Assembly: GCF_000143415.4 (NCBI RefSeq)
Contig: NW_003314334.1
Span: 124,001 to 188,000 of the forward strand
Direction of reading: 5' to 3'
Origin: Selaginella moellendorffii
Taxonomy: Eukaryota > Plantae > Lycopodiophyta
DNA: 64,000 nucleotides
The position numbers were made by a program, and so were the translations under genes. Numbering within the stretch: the first letter of the stretch is position 1; each line of letters begins with the position of its first letter. The notes beneath the pieces were generated by a model. The model was not told the DNA's origin and ran no database searches. It saw only the letters and a program-made list of their open reading frames with translations. This document shows positions 61,032-64,000 of the stretch, piece after piece.

Positions 61032-62176
61032 TTAAGACCTGACGAACACCTCGATTGAGTCATCGTCCTCCATATCCAGGCTCTTGGGAGTGGCATTGCC
61101 TTGCAACTGTTCCCCGTCAAAACGGAACACCAAGTTCGATTTGGATGTCTTTGTAGTGCTTGCATACGCAGCAAACAGCCTCTCAAATCTGTCATCCTGG
61201 AAGCAAAAGTTACGAATGGTTACAGCAGTAAAAAAAAAAAACACCTCACCATTCCCATACGGAAGGAGTGAATCCCGCCCGACTTGTCCTGAACTTTGAG
61301 CACGATCTTGTGTTGTTGTTGTTGTTGTTGTTGCTGTCGCTGTGAGTTGTGGTCGCTGTTGTCCCGCGAGCATGATTGCCCGGACACCTCCAACATGTCC
61401 TCGTTTTCCAGATTCATGCTTCTTGGCGTTGCACTCCCCTGTACTTGCTCGCCATCGAAACAAAAGACCAAGCCCGACACGGACACCTTTGCGGCAGTGG
61501 AATATGCATCAAACAGCTTGTCGAGCCTATCATCCTGGAATACAAAAATGGATTAAGTTGCGCAAGAGAGAAAACTATTCCTGTCGCCACCCACCATTCC
61601 CATACGAATACACTGAATGCCACCGGAACTATCTTGGACTCTAACCACGATCTTGTCCGCGGCTTGCGCAGGAGTGTAAGCTTTGGCTCGCCGGTCCAGC
61701 TCGTCAATGTCCTCGCAGGCCTTTTGCGACAGGGACAGCAGCTCCGCTTGCTTGGCTCTCAGAAGCGAGCTGTAGGCAGGCATCCGTCTCGAACATGTAT
61801 CCAGAAATAAACAAAATCACGAACCTGACGCCGTGGAAACTTGTGGTGGCTGTCACCTTCTTGGTCAGCTTGGGCGGCGGAGGTAACCAACTCCTATCCC
61901 ACTCCCTGTCCTCCTCCTCCACTAGACGCTGCTGTTGCGTCAGCTGCTGCTGTGTCGTGGCAGGCGACGCGGTTGCCTGCCGCACCGTAAAGTTGGCTGA
62001 AGACAACCTCATGTTGTCGTGCTCGGGCTCTTCTTCTTGATCGCTGCCTGCAAACAACGCACCAAAGTGAAACGAAGAAGAGCAGGAGATGGGCGACACT
62101 CACTCTCGTCGCGGCATGCTTGCTCGCGGCGGTAATCAAACAGCGGCTCCAAATCGTCGTCCGCGCCGTCTGCCAT
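61032..62176 (-). CDS. RENi family (Rad60/Esc2/NIP45-like) protein with two SUMO-like domains
   Basis: N-terminal DDLEPLFDYRR and WLPPPPK motifs; two KIV..VQD.SGG...RMGM|DDR...LF.AY...LVF.FDGEQ...ATP.S...E.DD.IEV domains separated by poly-Q. Confidence 0.87.
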
Positions 62177-62186
62177 CGCCCACAGG

Positions 62187-64000
62187 TTAGGGCTTTGGAG
62201 CTTTGGCGATGTTGGAGAGCAGCACATAGGGCGCCGCATTGGTGGGCTGCATCTCCACCACATGCTGCGCGGCGCTGGATCCCCTCCCCGCGTCTCCGTG
62301 CACGGCGCACGCCCCCAGCAGGCACTTCCACGCCCCAATGCCCGGCTCCACGGGCATGTTGTTCATCACCTCCTCCGCCACCTCCAGCTTCCCCGCCCGC
62401 GCCAAAACGTCCACAACACACGCGTAGTGCTCCCGGCTGGGCACTATGCCCGCCTCCACCCCGCGCGCCAGCGCCTCGACCGCATCCGCCACCAGGCCGG
62501 CATGGGTGCACGCATGCAACACCAGCGTAAGGCTCACCTCGTTGCCCGCCTCCCCCGCCAAGCCCATCTCGCCAAACAGCTCCAGCGCCTCCCGCGGCTG
62601 CCCGTGATGCGAGTAGAGCCCCATCATGGCGTTCCACGACACCACGTCCACTCGAGTCGAGCACCGCCGCCTCATGTCGTCGAACGTCCTCCTCGCCGCC
62701 TCCACGCTCCCGCACCTCCCGTACATGTCCATCAGCGCCGTCACCACCACCCTGTCGGTGTCGAAGCCGCTGGCAACGATCCGGGAGTGAGCCGCCCGCC
62801 CCGCCCGGAGGTCCTTGAGCAACGAACAAGCGGTGGCGACGCAGCTGAAGGTGAAGGCGTTGGGATGGATGCCCTGCCAGTCCATGCACCGGACGAGCTT
62901 GAGTGACTCCTCGCCTTGCTGCTGCTCCACGTAGCCGCTCATCAACACGTTCCACGACACCACACTCCGCCGCGGCATGCTGTCGAAACAGGCTCGCGCC
63001 TCGTCCAAGCTCCCGCATCGAGCATACATGTTGATGATCGAGTTCTGCAGCACGATGGAGTCATGGCCGCTGCGTCGCGCAGCGGAATGGACGGCTCTAG
63101 CAGCCGACAAGTCCCCCAGAACTGAGCACGCATTTGCAGCGGCAATCAGCGTCCCCGCATCCTGCGCTACTGATCGCTCTCGCATCTCGTCAAACAGGCC
63201 GAGTGCCTGGCTGGGGAGCCAGGCCTCCGTGTAGGCGGTGATCATCGCGTTCCACGCAACAGGATCGTTTTGGAAGCCCTTCCCGTCGCCAAAGACCTTT
63301 GCCGCTTCTTCCAGCCTTCCAAACTTGGAGTACATGTTCACCAGCGCAGTCCTCACCACCGCATCGTCTTCGAATCCGCACGACATTGCCCAGGAATGGA
63401 TCTGCATGCCCTGCTCCAAGCAGACGCAAGCACCAAGAACGCTGGCCGACGTGAAAGCGTTTGGCTTCAAGCCTTGGAGATGCATCTGGTGGTAGAGATA
63501 CATGGCCTCGTCAGGGTGGCCATACTCAACCCATGCCGCGATCATGGCGTTCCAAGATACTTGGTTCTTGTTGTCAGCCATGCTTGCAAACACACTCCTG
63601 GCACCCTCGATGCTCCCGCATTTCGCGTACATGTCGAGCAGCGCAGTGGCAAGCACAAGGTTAGAATCCAAGCCCAGAGCCGCCACCCGAGCATGAATAT
63701 TTCTTCCGGCGTCTACAAACTCCGGAGTGGAGCACGCCCCCAGCAAGTTGATGAACGTCAACATGTCCGGACCCAGGCCCTCGAGGTCAATGCAGCGAAA
63801 GAGATCAAAGGCCTCGTCCCCGAGGTCCAGGTGTGCATATCCGGCGATCATTGCGTTCCAGGAGGCGAGGCTCCTCACTTGCATCCCATCAAACAGACTC
63901 CTGGCGTCATCGATGCGGCCGCACTTGGCATACAAGTTAACGAGCGAGTTGTGCACCACAACATCTGGAGTCATTCCACTGTCGACGATTCTCCTGTGGA
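62187..64000 (-). CDS. PLS-class pentatricopeptide repeat protein ending in a short E domain (5' end beyond the window)
   Basis: Intronless ORF of at least 595 aa with repeated NSLVNLYAKCG / VSWNAMI units, then HYACVVDVLARAG...AWKCLLGAC...APYVLLSNI; no DYW domain. Confidence 0.95.
   Translation of the reverse strand, partial: HRRIVDSGMTPDVVVHNSLVNLYAKCGRIDDARSLFDGMQVRSLASWNAMIAGYAHLDLGDEAFDLFRCIDLEGLGPDMLTFINLLGACSTPEFVDAGRNIHARVAALGLDSNLVLATALLDMYAKCGSIEGARSVFASMADNKNQVSWNAMIAAWVEYGHPDEAMYLYHQMHLQGLKPNAFTSASVLGACVCLEQGMQIHSWAMSCGFEDDAVVRTALVNMYSKFGRLEEAAKVFGDGKGFQNDPVAWNAMITAYTEAWLPSQALGLFDEMRERSVAQDAGTLIAAANACSVLGDLSAARAVHSAARRSGHDSIVLQNSIINMYARCGSLDEARACFDSMPRRSVVSWNVLMSGYVEQQQGEESLKLVRCMDWQGIHPNAFTFSCVATACSLLKDLRAGRAAHSRIVASGFDTDRVVVTALMDMYGRCGSVEAARRTFDDMRRRCSTRVDVVSWNAMMGLYSHHGQPREALELFGEMGLAGEAGNEVSLTLVLHACTHAGLVADAVEALARGVEAGIVPSREHYACVVDVLARAGKLEVAEEVMNNMPVEPGIGAWKCLLGACAVHGDAGRGSSAAQHVVEMQPTNAAPYVLLSNIAKAPKP

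Noticed and set aside
50627-63018. Long antisense or alternate-frame ORFs (e.g. 50627-51709, 58479-59048, 61894-63018)
   Set aside because: Shadows of GC-rich real CDSs with no recognisable motifs.
38157-64000. Gene island as a biosynthetic or functional cluster (LTP, FAAH, ABCB, PAP)
   Set aside because: The functions are heterogeneous housekeeping roles with no scaffold-forming enzyme; proximity reflects genome compaction.

Overview
Eukaryotic plant nuclear DNA, most likely the lycophyte Selaginella. This is an inference from the ~45-60 nt introns, extreme gene packing, a flagellar IFT88 gene next to land-plant genes, and a PLS-class PPR gene. The window has two halves. Positions ~1-37.9 kb are a transposon graveyard: a Sola-like (DUF7869-type) DDD transposase broken only by two in-frame TAG stops and decorated with a 20-bp palindrome, a ~10.6-kb composite Ty3/gypsy chromovirus array built from two LTR families and inserted in a MULE-like transposase, a TRIM, self-nested inverted LTRs, gene fragments and two N gaps. 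Positions ~38.1-64 kb are a very dense gene island: tail-anchored coiled-coil protein, IFT88, purple acid phosphatase, SDF2, nsLTP, FAAH, SAP-like protein, RAB5-interacting protein, CGL160, ABCB transporter, ARM-repeat protein, tandem SUMO-like-domain (RENi) protein and PPR. Some co-oriented CDSs are only 10 and 32 bp apart. Family assignments come from motif recognition by eye, not from database searches, and exon boundaries are manual.
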